Shown in pieces: positions 22,187 through 33,332 of a stretch of 64,000 bases of DNA; position 1 is the first letter of the stretch; every line of letters starts with the position of its first letter. The DNA is taken from contig JBKJLC010000079.1 in the NCBI GenBank assembly GCA_046597055.1, positions 1 through 64,000 on the forward strand, read 5' to 3'. A program made the translations under genes and the position numbers. This DNA comes from Kofleriaceae bacterium (GTDB lineage: Bacteria > Myxococcota_A > Polyangia > Haliangiales > Haliangiaceae). The notes below the pieces were generated by a model that saw only the letters and a list, made by a program, of their open reading frames with translations, was not told the DNA's origin and ran no database searches.

Positions 22187-23541
22187 CGCGAGCTCCGGCC
22201 CGGCAGCGGCCGCCGCAGGTGGCGCGCGACCAGCAGCGCGAGCTCGAGCGCTTGCTCGTAGTTGAGGCGCGGGTCGACCCGGGTGTGGTACGCGCGCTGG
22301 AGGTCTTCGGCGGCCAGGCCGCGCGCGCCGCCGATGCACTCGGTGACGTCCTCGCCGGTCATCTCGAAGTGGACGCCGCCGAGCACCGAACCGAGCTGCT
22401 CATGCACCTCGAAGCTCTCCTCGAGCTCGGCCAGGATCTTGTCGAAGCGCCGGGTCTTGTAGCCCTGGGGCGTGTTCTCGGTGTTGCCGTGCATCGGGTC
22501 GGCGACCCACAGCACCTTGCGGCCGGTGTGGTTGACCGCCTCGAGCAGCCGCGGCAGGTGGGCGGCGACCTTGCCGGCGCCCATGCGGTGGATCAGCGTG
22601 ATGCGGCCGGGCTGGTGCTCGGGATCGAGCACCGCGAGCAGCTCGGTCAGCCACTCGGGCGTCATCGCGGGGCCGATCTTGATGCCGAGCGGGTTGCGGA
22701 TGCCGCGGTGGAACTCGACGTGGGCGCCGTCGAGCTGGGCGGTGCGCATGCCGATCCACGGCATGTGGGTCGACAGGTTGTAGGCGCCCGGGCGGCGCGG
22801 CACCGCGCGGGTCTGGGCCTGCTCGTACAGCAGCGCGAGGCCCTCGTGGCTGGTGAAGAAGTCGATCCGGCGCAAGATCGCGCTGTCGATGCCGGTCACC
22901 GCGGTGATGAACGAGATCGACTCGCGGATCTGGTCGACGATCTTCCGGTACTCCTCGACATGGCGCGCGCCGTCGGCGAACGAGATGTCCCAGTACTCCG
23001 GGTGGTGGAGATCGGCGAAGCCACCGTCGGCCAGCGCACGCACGAAGTTGAGCGTGAGCGCGGCGCGCTCGTACGCGCGCAGCATGAGGACCGGGTCCGG
23101 CGTGCGGTCGCCTTCGGTGAAGGCCTCGCGGTTGACGCTGTCGCCGCGGTACGAGGGCAGGGTCACCCCGTCCTTGGTCTCGGTGTCGGTCGAGCGCGGC
23201 TTGGCGTACTGACCGGCGATGCGCCCGACCCGGATGACCGGGCGCCGGGTGCCGTGCACCAGCACCAGGCTCATCTGCATCAGGATCTTGAGCTTGGCGG
23301 CGATCGCGTCGGGGCGGCAGTCGTCGAAGCTCTCGGCGCAGTCACCGCCCTGCAGCAGGAACGCCTCGCCGCGGGCGGCCTTGGCGAGCTGCTCGCGCAG
23401 GCTCTCGACCTCCCACGACGTCACCAGCGGCGGCAGCCGTCGCATCTCCTCGACCACCCGCGCCAGCGCGTCGGGGTCGGGATAGCTCGCCTGCTGCTGG
23501 GCCGCGCGGGTCTGCCACGACTCGGGCGTCCAGGCGGTCAT
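22183..23541 (-). CDS. Class II DAHP synthase (3-deoxy-7-phosphoheptulonate synthase)
   Basis: LQGGDCAESF, GRIAGQYAKPRS, TSHEGL, DPMHGNT, DPRLN. Confidence 0.96.
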   Translation of the reverse strand: MTAWTPESWQTRAAQQQASYPDPDALARVVEEMRRLPPLVTSWEVESLREQLAKAARGEAFLLQGGDCAESFDDCRPDAIAAKLKILMQMSLVLVHGTRRPVIRVGRIAGQYAKPRSTDTETKDGVTLPSYRGDSVNREAFTEGDRTPDPVLMLRAYERAALTLNFVRALADGGFADLHHPEYWDISFADGARHVEEYRKIVDQIRESISFITAVTGIDSAILRRIDFFTSHEGLALLYEQAQTRAVPRRPGAYNLSTHMPWIGMRTAQLDGAHVEFHRGIRNPLGIKIGPAMTPEWLTELLAVLDPEHQPGRITLIHRMGAGKVAAHLPRLLEAVNHTGRKVLWVADPMHGNTENTPQGYKTRRFDKILAELEESFEVHEQLGSVLGGVHFEMTGEDVTECIGGARGLAAEDLQRAYHTRVDPRLNYEQALELALLVARHLRRPLPGRSSR

Positions 23542-23726
23542 GAGCCGACTCGCGGGGCGCGCCGTTCGCGCGCCATCCCCCACCGATCCTGAGACATGGA
23601 ATGCAGCACCGCCGCAATGTACCGCAAGCGTGCGGACGCACCACGTCGACGTGGACGAGCGCCGCTCAGATCGGCTGTCGCGGTCGCTCATGTCGTACTC
23701 TGGCACGGAGCGGCTATAAAGGACCG

Positions 23727-24452
23727 GTGACCACCCCGCCGCGAGACCTGCTGCGCGGCGCCTGGAGCCAGGTCGGCCGGGTGACGATCGTCCCCGAGGC
23801 CGCCGGGGGCCCGGCGCCGTGGCCCGGCGCGCTCGTGGTCGCGACCGGCATCGCCGTCGGCGCGCTGGGGTGGCTCGGGAGCTGGGTCCTCATCGCGCTC
23901 GGCGCCGCGCCGGCGCTGGGCGCGCTGGTCGCGGTGGTGCTCGCCATCGTCGGCGGGGCCGCGCTGGTCGAGCGGGGCGCGCATGCCGCCGTCGAGCGCT
24001 GGCTCGGCGCGCGGTGGGCGCCGCTGGTCCTCGGGGGCGCCGTGCTCGCGCGCCTGGTCGCGCTGTGGTCGATCGCGCCGCGGCTGTGGCTCGGCGCGCT
24101 GGTGCTGGCGCTTGCGGTCGGGCGGTGGGCCGCGGTCGCGCTGCAGCGGCTGGGGGATGTTGCCGCGGCGGGCCGGGGCCGCACGCTCGTGATCGGAACG
24201 GTCGGGTGGCTCGAGCTCGCGGTCGCCTCGATCGTCGTGCTCGCGCTGGCGATGCTGGTGGGCGGCGGCAGCGGCGTGCTGATCGTGGTGGTGGCCGGGC
24301 TGGCTGCGGGTGGGCTCGGGCTCGGGGTGCAGATCCTCGACCGCGAGCTGGCGGGGGACAGCCTGGCCGCCATCGCCACCGCGATCGAGCTGATCGTGCT
24401 GGTCGGGCTGGCCGCGGCGGCACCCGCGGCGATCTCGCCCTTCGTGCGGTAG
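23727..24452 (+). CDS. Polytopic membrane protein, divergent CobS-like
   Basis: About 7 TM helices; GRWA and C-terminal GD.LAA...IE resemble CobS. Confidence 0.5.
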   Translation: MTTPPRDLLRGAWSQVGRVTIVPEAAGGPAPWPGALVVATGIAVGALGWLGSWVLIALGAAPALGALVAVVLAIVGGAALVERGAHAAVERWLGARWAPLVLGGAVLARLVALWSIAPRLWLGALVLALAVGRWAAVALQRLGDVAAAGRGRTLVIGTVGWLELAVASIVVLALAMLVGGGSGVLIVVVAGLAAGGLGLGVQILDRELAGDSLAAIATAIELIVLVGLAAAAPAAISPFVR

Positions 24453-24463
24453 GCTCACGAGAC

Positions 24464-25294
24464 GTGCGGTTCCTGGGCTTCCTGCTGGCCGCGTTCGTCA
24501 CCGTGATCGGGGCGTCGACCCGGCCGGCGGCCGCGCAGCATTGCCACGTCCCGGATGCGGTCGAGGCCGAGCGCGCGTGGTGGTTGCGCGGCTCGGCGAC
24601 CGTGGTCGCCGGCAGCACTGATCTGCTCGGGGAGACCCGCGAATACCAGGGGCTTGGCGTCGCGGTGCAGGCCGGGACCGGGCGCTTCAGCGGCCGGGTC
24701 GCGCTGCCGGCCTACCGCATCGCCAGCGACCGGAGCGAGCTGGGCGATCCGACCGCCGATGCGGGACCGGGGCTCGGCGACGCAACCCTCGCCGCCGCGG
24801 TCGACCTGCTGCCGCGCGGCGCTCGAAGCCGCGCGGGGCTCACCGCGACGCTGGGACTGCCGACCGGCAACGCAGATCGCGGGCGCGGCATGGGTCACGT
24901 CATGGTCACCGGCGGCGGGTGGCTCCGGCGGCGGCACGGTCGCGCTGGCTACGGGGTCAGCGCGGTGTGGTCGCGCACGCTCGGCGACGACGCCGCCCAC
25001 GCCGCCCACGCGCGGGGCGGCCAGGCCGGCTGGCCGCTGGTCGATCCGATGAACCCGAGCGAGCTCATGATCGACGTGTCGGCGCTGGTCGCGGTGGTGC
25101 CGGGTCACCTGCGGACCGGGACCAGCGTCACCTACGCGACCCCGGTCGAGGTGACCGGCGAGCGACGCCTGGTCGCCGCCGCGGTCGCCGAGGTGCTGCG
25201 CGGGCCCTACACGCTCGGGCTCCAGGTCGGCGTCCCGCTGATCGGCGATCCGTACGTCGCCCGCGGCACGCTCGAGCTCGCGTATCGATACTAG
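24464..25294 (+). CDS. Putative outer-membrane beta-barrel protein
   Basis: Signal peptide; GLGD and LGLPTG...GRG.G motifs; C-terminal LELAYRY; His-rich segments. Confidence 0.6.
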   Translation: MRFLGFLLAAFVTVIGASTRPAAAQHCHVPDAVEAERAWWLRGSATVVAGSTDLLGETREYQGLGVAVQAGTGRFSGRVALPAYRIASDRSELGDPTADAGPGLGDATLAAAVDLLPRGARSRAGLTATLGLPTGNADRGRGMGHVMVTGGGWLRRRHGRAGYGVSAVWSRTLGDDAAHAAHARGGQAGWPLVDPMNPSELMIDVSALVAVVPGHLRTGTSVTYATPVEVTGERRLVAAAVAEVLRGPYTLGLQVGVPLIGDPYVARGTLELAYRY

Positions 25295-25376
25295 ATCACG
25301 TCGAGCGATGTGCCGATGTGACCGCATCGGACGCGCTGGCCGGCCGCCGACCGCGCCCGCCGCGCCGCAGCCGCGG

Positions 25377-25682
25377 TCACGCCGGTCGCAGCTGGGCGAC
25401 GGTCGCGCCCCAGCCGCCGTCGCGCTCGCCGGCCAGCGCGAAGCTCGCCACGCCGGCATGGCGCTCGAGCACGGCGTGCACGGTGCGGCGCAGGTTGCCG
25501 ATGCCCTTGCCGTGGATGATCCGCACCCGGGTGAGGCCGGCCGCGCGGGCGGCCTCGACGTACTCGGCCACCACGTCGCCGACCTCGCGGGGCCGGAAGT
25601 TGTGCAGGTCGAGCTGGTCGGTGATCGGGACCTGGACCACCGCGTCGGGATCCCACGGTTCGTCGTCCCCGTCGTCGCTCAC
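25377..25682 (-). CDS. Stand-alone Smr domain protein
   Basis: [22 protein letters not shown]. Confidence 0.9.
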   Translation of the reverse strand: MSDDGDDEPWDPDAVVQVPITDQLDLHNFRPREVGDVVAEYVEAARAAGLTRVRIIHGKGIGNLRRTVHAVLERHAGVASFALAGERDGGWGATVAQLRPA

Positions 25683-26530
25683 CCCGGCCACACCGAGCCA
25701 TCGGGGACGAACGCCTGGGTCCGCGCGCGCAAGGCCGGCGGCAGCCGGGCGTCGAGGATGCCGGCGACCTCGTCGGGCTGGTACAGCTGCGAGAAGTGCA
25801 TGAGCACGAGGTGCGGCATCGTGAAGGCGTCCGCGCGCTCGATCACCTCGTCGAGGTGGATGTGGCAGCCGGCCCGCGCGGCCTCGAGCGACTTGCGGTC
25901 GTCGAGGAAGGTCGCCTCCATCACCAGCACCTTGCTCGCCAGCAGCTCGGGCGCATGCTCGACCGCCTGGATCAGCGTGTCGGTCGCGTACGACAGCTCG
26001 ATGCTTTCGCCGGTGTCGAACAGGTCGTCGCCGGCCCGGCGGCGCGCCGCGATCTCGGGTCCGGTGAGGCCGAGGTGCGCGGGCTTGAGCTTCTGGACCC
26101 GGCGCACGAGCTGGTACGCGAGCGACGGCACCGGATGGAAGGTGCGCAGCGCGCGCACGATCAGGTCCTTGCGCAGCGGGTGCTCGTCGCCCGGGCGCAG
26201 GCCGATCGCCTCGACCTCGAGCGGGTAGCGCTGCAGCTCGCTCATCGCCCGTAGGGTCGCCAGCACCGGCTCGACGATCTCGGCTGGCATGATCATGCGC
26301 AGCGGCGCCTTCTGGTTGTGGAGCGCGCGGATCCCGAGCAGCCCGGGCAGGGCGCCGACGTGGTCGGCGTGGCCATGCGAGAGCAGCAGCGTGCCGACCG
26401 CGGCGGTCGTGCGCAGCGGCATACCGACGTCGAACAGCACGTCGAGCTCGGGCACGTGGATCGACGTGCACACGCCGCCGACCGACACGCCGCGAACCGT
26501 GTAGGGCCCGGCGCGCACCGTGGACAGCAT
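25679..26530 (-). CDS. Metallo-beta-lactamase-fold RNase Z-like protein (TM-type tRNase Z-like)
   Basis: GVSVGG, HGHADH, HPVPS, KLKP..LGL.G.EI, EATF, HIH, HFSQ. Confidence 0.8.
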   Translation of the reverse strand: MLSTVRAGPYTVRGVSVGGVCTSIHVPELDVLFDVGMPLRTTAAVGTLLLSHGHADHVGALPGLLGIRALHNQKAPLRMIMPAEIVEPVLATLRAMSELQRYPLEVEAIGLRPGDEHPLRKDLIVRALRTFHPVPSLAYQLVRRVQKLKPAHLGLTGPEIAARRRAGDDLFDTGESIELSYATDTLIQAVEHAPELLASKVLVMEATFLDDRKSLEAARAGCHIHLDEVIERADAFTMPHLVLMHFSQLYQPDEVAGILDARLPPALRARTQAFVPDGSVWPG

Positions 26531-26535
26531 CTGGG

Positions 26536-27222
26536 TCACTCCACGCTCAGCTCGGTGCCGCGCCAGGCAACCCCGCCTTGGCCGTCGCGGACCGCGACGA
26601 ACAACCAGCCGCTCTCGGCCTCGTCGTCGACCACCAGCTCGGCCGGGTTCGACTGGTAGCGCTCGATGGTCCCCGCGATGGTGTACCAGGCGAAGCGCGC
26701 CTGGTCGCCGGGCGGCGGATCGGTCACGACCATCAGCGGGAGGGTCTCGCCGCGGCGGACGACCACCGTGCCGGTCATGCCGTCGCTGGGGCCGATCGTC
26801 AGGCCGGTGATGACCGGGTTCCGGGTGCTGATCGGCGCGATCACCATGACCTTGATCGCGGTCAGGGGCGTGGCCCCGACGCCGTCGATCGTGATCTGCA
26901 CGGTGTCGAGCGGCGGCGGGTTCCCGGGCCGCGCCGGCACCGGGTCGGGAGCGATGTAGCGAACCCCGAGGTCGTCCTCTTCCAGGCGACCGAGCGGCGC
27001 CACCCCGGGGTAGGTCTCGATCAGCGCGTAGGTCCGGGTGAGCCCGATCAGCACGCCACTCCCGTCGACGACGACGGTGTCGAGCCGCGAGGCCTCGCCC
27101 GCGGCGACCACCGGTGGCTCGGCGGTGACCGCCAGGATCGTCGGCTTCTCCAGCGACGCCGGGGTGGCGAAGTCGGTGCAAGCGGCGAGCAGGACAGACA
27201 GCAGGACGACGGCGAGACGCAT
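26536..27222 (-). CDS. Hypothetical lipoprotein
   Basis: Lipobox LAAC; ILAV.AEPP; VRDGQGG..W. Confidence 0.75.
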   Translation of the reverse strand: MRLAVVLLSVLLAACTDFATPASLEKPTILAVTAEPPVVAAGEASRLDTVVVDGSGVLIGLTRTYALIETYPGVAPLGRLEEDDLGVRYIAPDPVPARPGNPPPLDTVQITIDGVGATPLTAIKVMVIAPISTRNPVITGLTIGPSDGMTGTVVVRRGETLPLMVVTDPPPGDQARFAWYTIAGTIERYQSNPAELVVDDEAESGWLFVAVRDGQGGVAWRGTELSVE

Positions 27223-27327
27223 ACGCGCGGCGAGTATAGGGCCGCGCTGGCGAGTGACCACCCGAACCGTTCGGGTGTTAGGATTGCCGCTCTTGTCCGC
27301 GGCCGGCTGCCGTCCGCTGGAGGTTGC

Positions 27328-28734
27328 ATGACCTGGTACTGGTACGTCCTCGTCGTCCTCGGCGCGCTCTTCGCCGTCTCGATCGCCCTGCCGGTGCCCC
27401 GGCGCATGTGGGCGTTCGTCCTGTATGCCTCGAAATACGTCTGGCTGTGGCTGCTTGATGCCACCCGGCTGCGCAAGCTCTGGTTCAAGCTGCGGGGCAA
27501 GCCCTACCGCCCGCTGACGCGGCCCCAGCTCCTCCGCCTGTTCTTCGAGGACATGGGCCCGACCTTCCTCAAGTTCGGCCAGATCATCGCGTCGTCGGCG
27601 GGCCTGTTCCCCGATGCCTACGTGAAGGAGTTCGCGAAGGTGCTCGACCGGGTCCGGCCGTTCCCGTTCGAGGACGTGCGCCGCATCCTCGACCAGGAGC
27701 TCGGCGAGCGCGCCAGCCAGGTCACCAAGATCGAGACCAAGCCGCTGGCGTCGGCGTCGATCGCTCAGGTCCACGGCGCCGAGCTGGCCGACGGCACCAA
27801 GGTCGTCTTCAAGGTGCAGCGCCCCGGCATCGACAAGCGCACGACCGCCGACATGAAGATCATGCGCTTCATGGCTGGCGTGGTCGCCCGGTTCGCCCGC
27901 GACGCCGAGCTGGCCAACCCGGTCGGCGTGATCAACGACTTCGCCGCGACCCTCAGCGACGAGCTCGACTTCCGCAAGGAGGCGGCCAACCTCGCCCGCT
28001 TCAACGACATCATGCGCGAGCTCGGCCACAAGAACATCCGGGCGCCGGTGCACTACCCCGAGCTGACCACCCGCCGGATCCTGGTGATGGAGCGGTTCAG
28101 CGGGGTGCGGGTCGATCAGTACGACGAGATCCGCCGCCGCGGCATCAACGGCGAGGAGAAGCTGGTCGCCGGCCTGCGCGCGTGGTTCCAGTGCGTCGTC
28201 TTCTACGGCTTCTTTCACGGCGACGTCCACGCCGGCAACCTGATGCTGCTCGACGACGAGGACATCGGCTTCCTCGACTTCGGCATCGTCGGACGCTTCG
28301 ACGAGAGCCAGCGCTTCCTGGTCACCGACTACATGATCGCGTTCGCGTCCGGCAACTACCGCCGGCTCGGCGAGGTGATCATCGAGATGGGTGGCGCGGT
28401 CAGCGAGAAGGCGATCGACATGGAGGCGTTCGTGAAGGATCTGGGCGAGACCTACTCGCCGCTCCTGAAGCTGTCGTTCGGCGAGGTCAACTACGCCAAC
28501 TTTCTCCCCGGCATCCAGCGGGTCGCGACCCGCCACCGGGTGAAGATGCCCAACGAGTTCATCCTCATCACGAAGCAGCTCCTGTACTTCGACCGCTACG
28601 CGAAGGCGCTGGCGCCCAAGCTCAACGTGTTCACCGACCCGCGCCTGATCTTCTCGATGATGATGGACATCCAGAAGGCGCGGGCGGCGATGCCCGCGGG
28701 TCAGCCCAAGCCGCGGCCGGCCCAGGCCTCGTAA
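27328..28734 (+). CDS. ABC1/AarF/UbiB family atypical kinase
   Basis: [48 protein letters not shown]. Confidence 0.93.
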   Translation: MTWYWYVLVVLGALFAVSIALPVPRRMWAFVLYASKYVWLWLLDATRLRKLWFKLRGKPYRPLTRPQLLRLFFEDMGPTFLKFGQIIASSAGLFPDAYVKEFAKVLDRVRPFPFEDVRRILDQELGERASQVTKIETKPLASASIAQVHGAELADGTKVVFKVQRPGIDKRTTADMKIMRFMAGVVARFARDAELANPVGVINDFAATLSDELDFRKEAANLARFNDIMRELGHKNIRAPVHYPELTTRRILVMERFSGVRVDQYDEIRRRGINGEEKLVAGLRAWFQCVVFYGFFHGDVHAGNLMLLDDEDIGFLDFGIVGRFDESQRFLVTDYMIAFASGNYRRLGEVIIEMGGAVSEKAIDMEAFVKDLGETYSPLLKLSFGEVNYANFLPGIQRVATRHRVKMPNEFILITKQLLYFDRYAKALAPKLNVFTDPRLIFSMMMDIQKARAAMPAGQPKPRPAQAS

Positions 28735-28746
28735 CCGGGGCCGCGC

Positions 28747-29637
28747 CTGCCCGCCGCAAATCCGTTCCTCGCCGGCAAGTCCCGGCCGATCGTGGTCGGG
28801 CATCGCGGCGTGCCGCTCCTGCACCAGGAGAACACGCTGGCCGGGTTCCGCCGCGCGGTCGCGCTCGGCGTACCGGCGATCGAACTCGACGTCCAGCTCA
28901 CCGCCGACCGTCGCGCGGTGGTGCTGCACGACGGCAACCTGCTGCGCCTGACCGGGACCGCGCGTCGGGTGGTCGATCTGACCTGGGATCAGCTGTCGCG
29001 CTTGCGGATCCGGCGCGACCTCTCGATGGGGACCGACTTCCACGGCCATCCCGTCATCGTGCGCTATCAGCAGGAGGAGTCGATCCCGCTGCTGGCCGAG
29101 GTGCTGGCCGAGGTCGCCGGCGCGATCGCGATCAACATCGAGCTCAAGCTCGAGCTGCCGCGGTTCTGGCCGGTCGACATCGGCGCGGTGGTCGCCGCCG
29201 AAGTGGCCCGCGCCGGCGTGCAAGACCGGGTGATCATCACGTCGTTCGACTTTCGCAAGCTGCGGGCGGCGGGCCGGGTGTGCCCGGGGCTGGCGGTCGG
29301 CTTCTGCTTCGACGACACCATGCTCGACTTCGTCGGACGGCTGCTCGACAGCCGGCGGGCGCTGCGCCGCATCCTCGACTCGCACCTGGTCGGTCGCCTG
29401 CTCGCCGGCCGGGTGGTCGGGGCCGAGCACACGCTGGTCGGGGCCGACACCGTGCGCCGGCTGCACCAGCTCGGGGTCGCGATCGGCACCCACACGATCT
29501 TCCCGCTGGGCTCGACCACCGGCAAGAAGATCGCCGCGAGCGCCAGCACCGCGGCCGAGGTCGAGCGGCTGGTCGCGCTCGGGGTCGACTGGATCGAGAG
29601 CGACGATCCCGAGCGACTGCTCGCGCTGATCGGCTAA
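28747..29637 (+). CDS. Glycerophosphodiester phosphodiesterase
   Basis: [30 protein letters not shown]; start uncertain (CTG 28747 or GTG 28792). Confidence 0.88.
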   Translation: MPAANPFLAGKSRPIVVGHRGVPLLHQENTLAGFRRAVALGVPAIELDVQLTADRRAVVLHDGNLLRLTGTARRVVDLTWDQLSRLRIRRDLSMGTDFHGHPVIVRYQQEESIPLLAEVLAEVAGAIAINIELKLELPRFWPVDIGAVVAAEVARAGVQDRVIITSFDFRKLRAAGRVCPGLAVGFCFDDTMLDFVGRLLDSRRALRRILDSHLVGRLLAGRVVGAEHTLVGADTVRRLHQLGVAIGTHTIFPLGSTTGKKIAASASTAAEVERLVALGVDWIESDDPERLLALIG

Positions 29638-30608
29638 CGACGACGACGGCCGCGACGGCGGCCGGTGAGGCCGGCGACGAGCAGCATGGCGAGCCCGGCA
29701 TGGGGCGGCGACGGCGCGGCCGAGCAGCCATCGCTCGACGCGCCGCTGATGCCGCCGGCATCGACGTCAGTGGCCGGGCCGGCGTCGACGGGTGTGGCCG
29801 CTCTGCACTCGAGGAGGACGTCGATCGGCTCGGCCGCGAGCGACAGGGCGGTTCCCGGCAAGGTGGCGCGCATCTCGACCCGGTGCAGCCCGGCCGGCAG
29901 CGTGGTGACGTCGAACGGCGGGCCGCAGACCGTGTAGACGATGTCGCGACCGCGACCGAACCAGCTCGCGCCGGGGGGAAGCGGCTCGATGATGCTGCGC
30001 TGGGGCGTCCACAGCGCGCCGTCGACGCGCGTCTCGAAGTGGAGCGCATCGCGCCAGAGCGCGGCCTCCCGGCTCCCGTCGATCACGAGCTCCACCTCTC
30101 GGACCTCGGCCTCGCGGCTGCAGGTGCCCCCGGCCGCGAGCTCGCGCACGAACTGGCCGCCCCTGGGGATCCCGAGCCGCCCGAGCCCCACCGGCAGCTC
30201 GGCGGCGGGCCCGACCGCAAACACGACCCGCGGACCGAGGACGGAGTCCTCCGGGCAGGTGGTCGCATCGGTCAGCAGGTAGCGGGTGCCCGCGACCAGC
30301 GGCGCGTCGGGGACGAGCAAATAATCGTCGTTCGCGAGCCGGGTCGCAGTGAACGGTAGCGGCGTGGTCGGCGCGGCGGTGGTGGCGAGCGTGACCCAGC
30401 GCGGGTCGGCGATGCTGCCACCCTGAGGGTCGAGCACTCGCATCGGACGCCAGTAGATCGCGGGCAGGTTGGCCGGGACCCGGGTGCCGTTCCCGGGCAC
30501 GAAATGCCCCGGCCAGCACCGTGGGGCTGTGCACGCGTCGGCCGGACGCGCGCTGGCGCTCGCCAGCAGGGCCACGACTCCGAGCCCGACGAACGAGATG
30601 GATCGCAT
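29634..30608 (-). CDS. Secreted hypothetical protein with MYXO-CTERM-like tail
   Basis: Signal peptide ADAC, VPAN, C-terminal DGC..AP, TM helix, RRR. Confidence 0.75.
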   Translation of the reverse strand: MRSISFVGLGVVALLASASARPADACTAPRCWPGHFVPGNGTRVPANLPAIYWRPMRVLDPQGGSIADPRWVTLATTAAPTTPLPFTATRLANDDYLLVPDAPLVAGTRYLLTDATTCPEDSVLGPRVVFAVGPAAELPVGLGRLGIPRGGQFVRELAAGGTCSREAEVREVELVIDGSREAALWRDALHFETRVDGALWTPQRSIIEPLPPGASWFGRGRDIVYTVCGPPFDVTTLPAGLHRVEMRATLPGTALSLAAEPIDVLLECRAATPVDAGPATDVDAGGISGASSDGCSAAPSPPHAGLAMLLVAGLTGRRRGRRRR

Positions 30609-30616
30609 CGCTTACC

Positions 30617-32602
30617 TCAATCGCATTTGCCGGCCGCGCACATACACGGGCCGTCGCACTCGTTGACCACCACGCCGGTCTCGAAGAACTGCCGCATCTG
30701 CCGGCGCGACGCCGCCTGGTTGCGCGTGAGGTCGTGCATGCCGGTGTCGAGCGCGGGCTCGTTGGTGAGCGGGAACGGTGGGGCGCCGCCGTCCATGATC
30801 ACCAGGGCCGAGCCGTTCGCGATCGGCCCGGCGACCCCGGTCATGCCGTAGGGCAGGTAGGACGACCCCGGCAGCAGCGCCGGGATGCCCATCGTGCGCG
30901 CTTGCCACTCGGTGGACAGGTTGGGCACCTGCTCGTCGCCGACCGCCATGTGCAGCAGCACCTGCTTGGGCGGCACCCCGGTCGGCGTGCCGGCCAGGAC
31001 CACGTTGGCCACGCCCGAGGTCTCGGTCTGATCCCAGCGCTGCTGGAAGAGGTTGACCGCCATCACCACGTCGAGCGGATCCGGATACGCGCCGATCATG
31101 ATCATCCGGTAGCCCGGCCAGTCGGTCGAGCGCTCGAGCATGGTCGAGTAGTTGCCGCCACCGACGCCGAGCACGCCGCGGCGGACCGTCGGCAGGTAGG
31201 CCATGTGCGCGGTCCCGAAGATGTGGCCCTGCGACAGGCCGTAGTAGTAGACCCGGCTGGGGTCGGCGAGCCGGGCGCCGCTGCGGCAGCCGGTGGCGGT
31301 GGCGTCTTCGGGCCGGCACACGAACACGGTCTCGGCGAGCACGGTCTCGAGCGCGCGGGCGAGGGCGACGTGGTTGACGATGCCCTGGACCAGCACCTCG
31401 AACACCGCGCCGGCGTTGTTCAGATCGGTCAGCGCCCGGGCGATGTTGACGAGGTCGCGCTCGGACATCCCGCGCATGTCGGTGCCCGCGACGATCACGC
31501 ACAGCTCCTGCGCGGTCGTGCGCAGGAAGTTGGCGGCCGCCTGCGCGCCCGAGCCGTTCAGGCCGTGGCCGTAGATCATCATCGCGACCGGGGTCGCGGC
31601 GGTGTACGCGCACGCCGGGATGATCGCGGTGAACGGGATCTCGTACATCCGCTGGAAGACCGGCAGCCCGTCGGGGCCGGTCGCCAGCTCGGTGCCGGCG
31701 GCATAGACGCCATCCTGGGTGAGGAACAGCGGCGCCGTGACGAAGCCATCGACGCGGCGACGGGTGAGCACGCCATCTTCGATCGGCTCGTCGCGCACGA
31801 GGCGCGCGGTCTGCGGCGTGCGGTCGAGCTCGACGATCGCGCGGTCGCGCGCGGCGGTCGGCAGCCGGCGCACGTGCTCGTCGGACGCGACGGTGAAGTC
31901 CCACGCCTGGACCAGCTCGGTCCGCGGCACGCCGGCGGCCTCGAGCGCGGCCACGGTCGCCTCGAGCCGCGGGCGCGCGCGCTCGAGCAGGGGATGCGAG
32001 GTCGCCGCGCCGTCGAGCACGGCGCGGAAGCCCGGCGAGATCGGAAGCGCGCCGCCGGTCTTGCCGCGCAGCGACGAGCGGATCGCGACCGCGTAGCGAC
32101 GGTTCGCGATCAGCCGCGCCGCCGGGCGCAGGAACAGCGCCTGCCGATCGGGGGTGGCGGCCGCCGGTACGTCGACCTCGGCGAAGTGGGCGACCCGCTC
32201 GCCGGTGGTCAGGTCGAGGAGCACGGTCGGGCTGGTGTCACCCAGCGAGTCGGCGAAGTGGGCCTGGTCCACCAGGTTGGCCGGATCGACGCCGCCCGGG
32301 AACGCGGTCACGATCGCGGCGGCCGCCGAGAAGCCGTCGGCGAGATTCCAGGGCGCCGGGTCGATGATCTGACCCTCGACGTGCGTCAGTAGCGTGCCGG
32401 TGGGGATCGCGAGCCGCTGCCCGGTGCGGGTGGTCGCGTCGGGGACCTCGAAGACCGACGACGGCCACGGGGCCATGCAGTGCTGGTAGCCCAGCGGGTT
32501 GCAGCCGTCGGCGACTGGCAGGGCGCCATCGTCGCCGCAGGCGCCGAGGGCGCTGACGGTGGCGAGGGCGGCGGCGAAGGCATGACCAACGAGCGCTCGC
32601 AT
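30617..32602 (-). CDS. Lipoprotein with alpha/beta-hydrolase (lipase-like) domain
   Basis: Lipobox LGAC; PWPS, DGFS, YGHGL, GLSQG nucleophile elbow, D.QVPN. Confidence 0.7.
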   Translation of the reverse strand: MRALVGHAFAAALATVSALGACGDDGALPVADGCNPLGYQHCMAPWPSSVFEVPDATTRTGQRLAIPTGTLLTHVEGQIIDPAPWNLADGFSAAAAIVTAFPGGVDPANLVDQAHFADSLGDTSPTVLLDLTTGERVAHFAEVDVPAAATPDRQALFLRPAARLIANRRYAVAIRSSLRGKTGGALPISPGFRAVLDGAATSHPLLERARPRLEATVAALEAAGVPRTELVQAWDFTVASDEHVRRLPTAARDRAIVELDRTPQTARLVRDEPIEDGVLTRRRVDGFVTAPLFLTQDGVYAAGTELATGPDGLPVFQRMYEIPFTAIIPACAYTAATPVAMMIYGHGLNGSGAQAAANFLRTTAQELCVIVAGTDMRGMSERDLVNIARALTDLNNAGAVFEVLVQGIVNHVALARALETVLAETVFVCRPEDATATGCRSGARLADPSRVYYYGLSQGHIFGTAHMAYLPTVRRGVLGVGGGNYSTMLERSTDWPGYRMIMIGAYPDPLDVVMAVNLFQQRWDQTETSGVANVVLAGTPTGVPPKQVLLHMAVGDEQVPNLSTEWQARTMGIPALLPGSSYLPYGMTGVAGPIANGSALVIMDGGAPPFPLTNEPALDTGMHDLTRNQAASRRQMRQFFETGVVVNECDGPCMCAAGKCD

Positions 32603-32659
32603 TGGGCGCGACCCTACCTCGTCCGCCCGCCGCGGTGAACCCGCTTCGGCGCTCCGTTG

Positions 32660-33277
32660 TCATGCAGGTGAGGTCGCGGCGAGGGCGCGCCGGAGGTTGG
32701 CCCGCGCGGCCGCGTCGAGCCGAGCGTGGAACCCGTCCGAGCAGTAGATGCGCGGCGCGGCCAGGAGCGCCGCCAGGAACCGGCCGCGGCCGGCCCGGTA
32801 GGCGGCGGCCGGGACGTGCGCGAACTCGAGGGCGATCGCCGCGTCATAGGCGTCGAAGCGGGTGGGTGGGGCGCCGAGGATCGCCATGTCGCAGTCGACG
32901 AAGCGGGCGGCGTCGCGATCGAGCGCGCCGCCATCGAGGCCGCCGTGGCGCGCGGTCAGCAGGATCAGCGCCTCGACCCGATCGAGCTCGAGCCCGACGC
33001 CGCGCAGGTGGGCGCCGGCCAGCTGGCGGGCGAGGCCGGCGGAGCGCGCCTCGTTGTCGCGCTGGCCCGCCACGTAGATCGCGTCGTGACAGAGGATCGC
33101 CCAGTACACCTCGCCCGGCTGGTCCCAGCCGTCGGCGGCGGCGACCCGCTCGTACTCGCCGACCACCTCGTCGACATGGGCGGCCGAATGATAGGCGCGC
33201 GGTGGTCGCGCGTAGGCCGCCCGCAGCGCGGCCTCGGCCGCAGCCGGCAGCGGGAAGGGCGGACGCGCGCCGAACAC
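32660..33277 (-). CDS. HD-domain metal-dependent phosphohydrolase
   Basis: RAYH..AH, HDAIY, NEARSA, DCDMAILG, YRAGR..FL. Confidence 0.85.
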   Translation of the reverse strand: MFGARPPFPLPAAAEAALRAAYARPPRAYHSAAHVDEVVGEYERVAAADGWDQPGEVYWAILCHDAIYVAGQRDNEARSAGLARQLAGAHLRGVGLELDRVEALILLTARHGGLDGGALDRDAARFVDCDMAILGAPPTRFDAYDAAIALEFAHVPAAAYRAGRGRFLAALLAAPRIYCSDGFHARLDAAARANLRRALAATSPA

Positions 33278-33332
33278 GGCCCGAGCGTACCGCGGTGGCA
33301 CCGCGCCGGCGGGCGCGGTAGCGTGAACCTCG

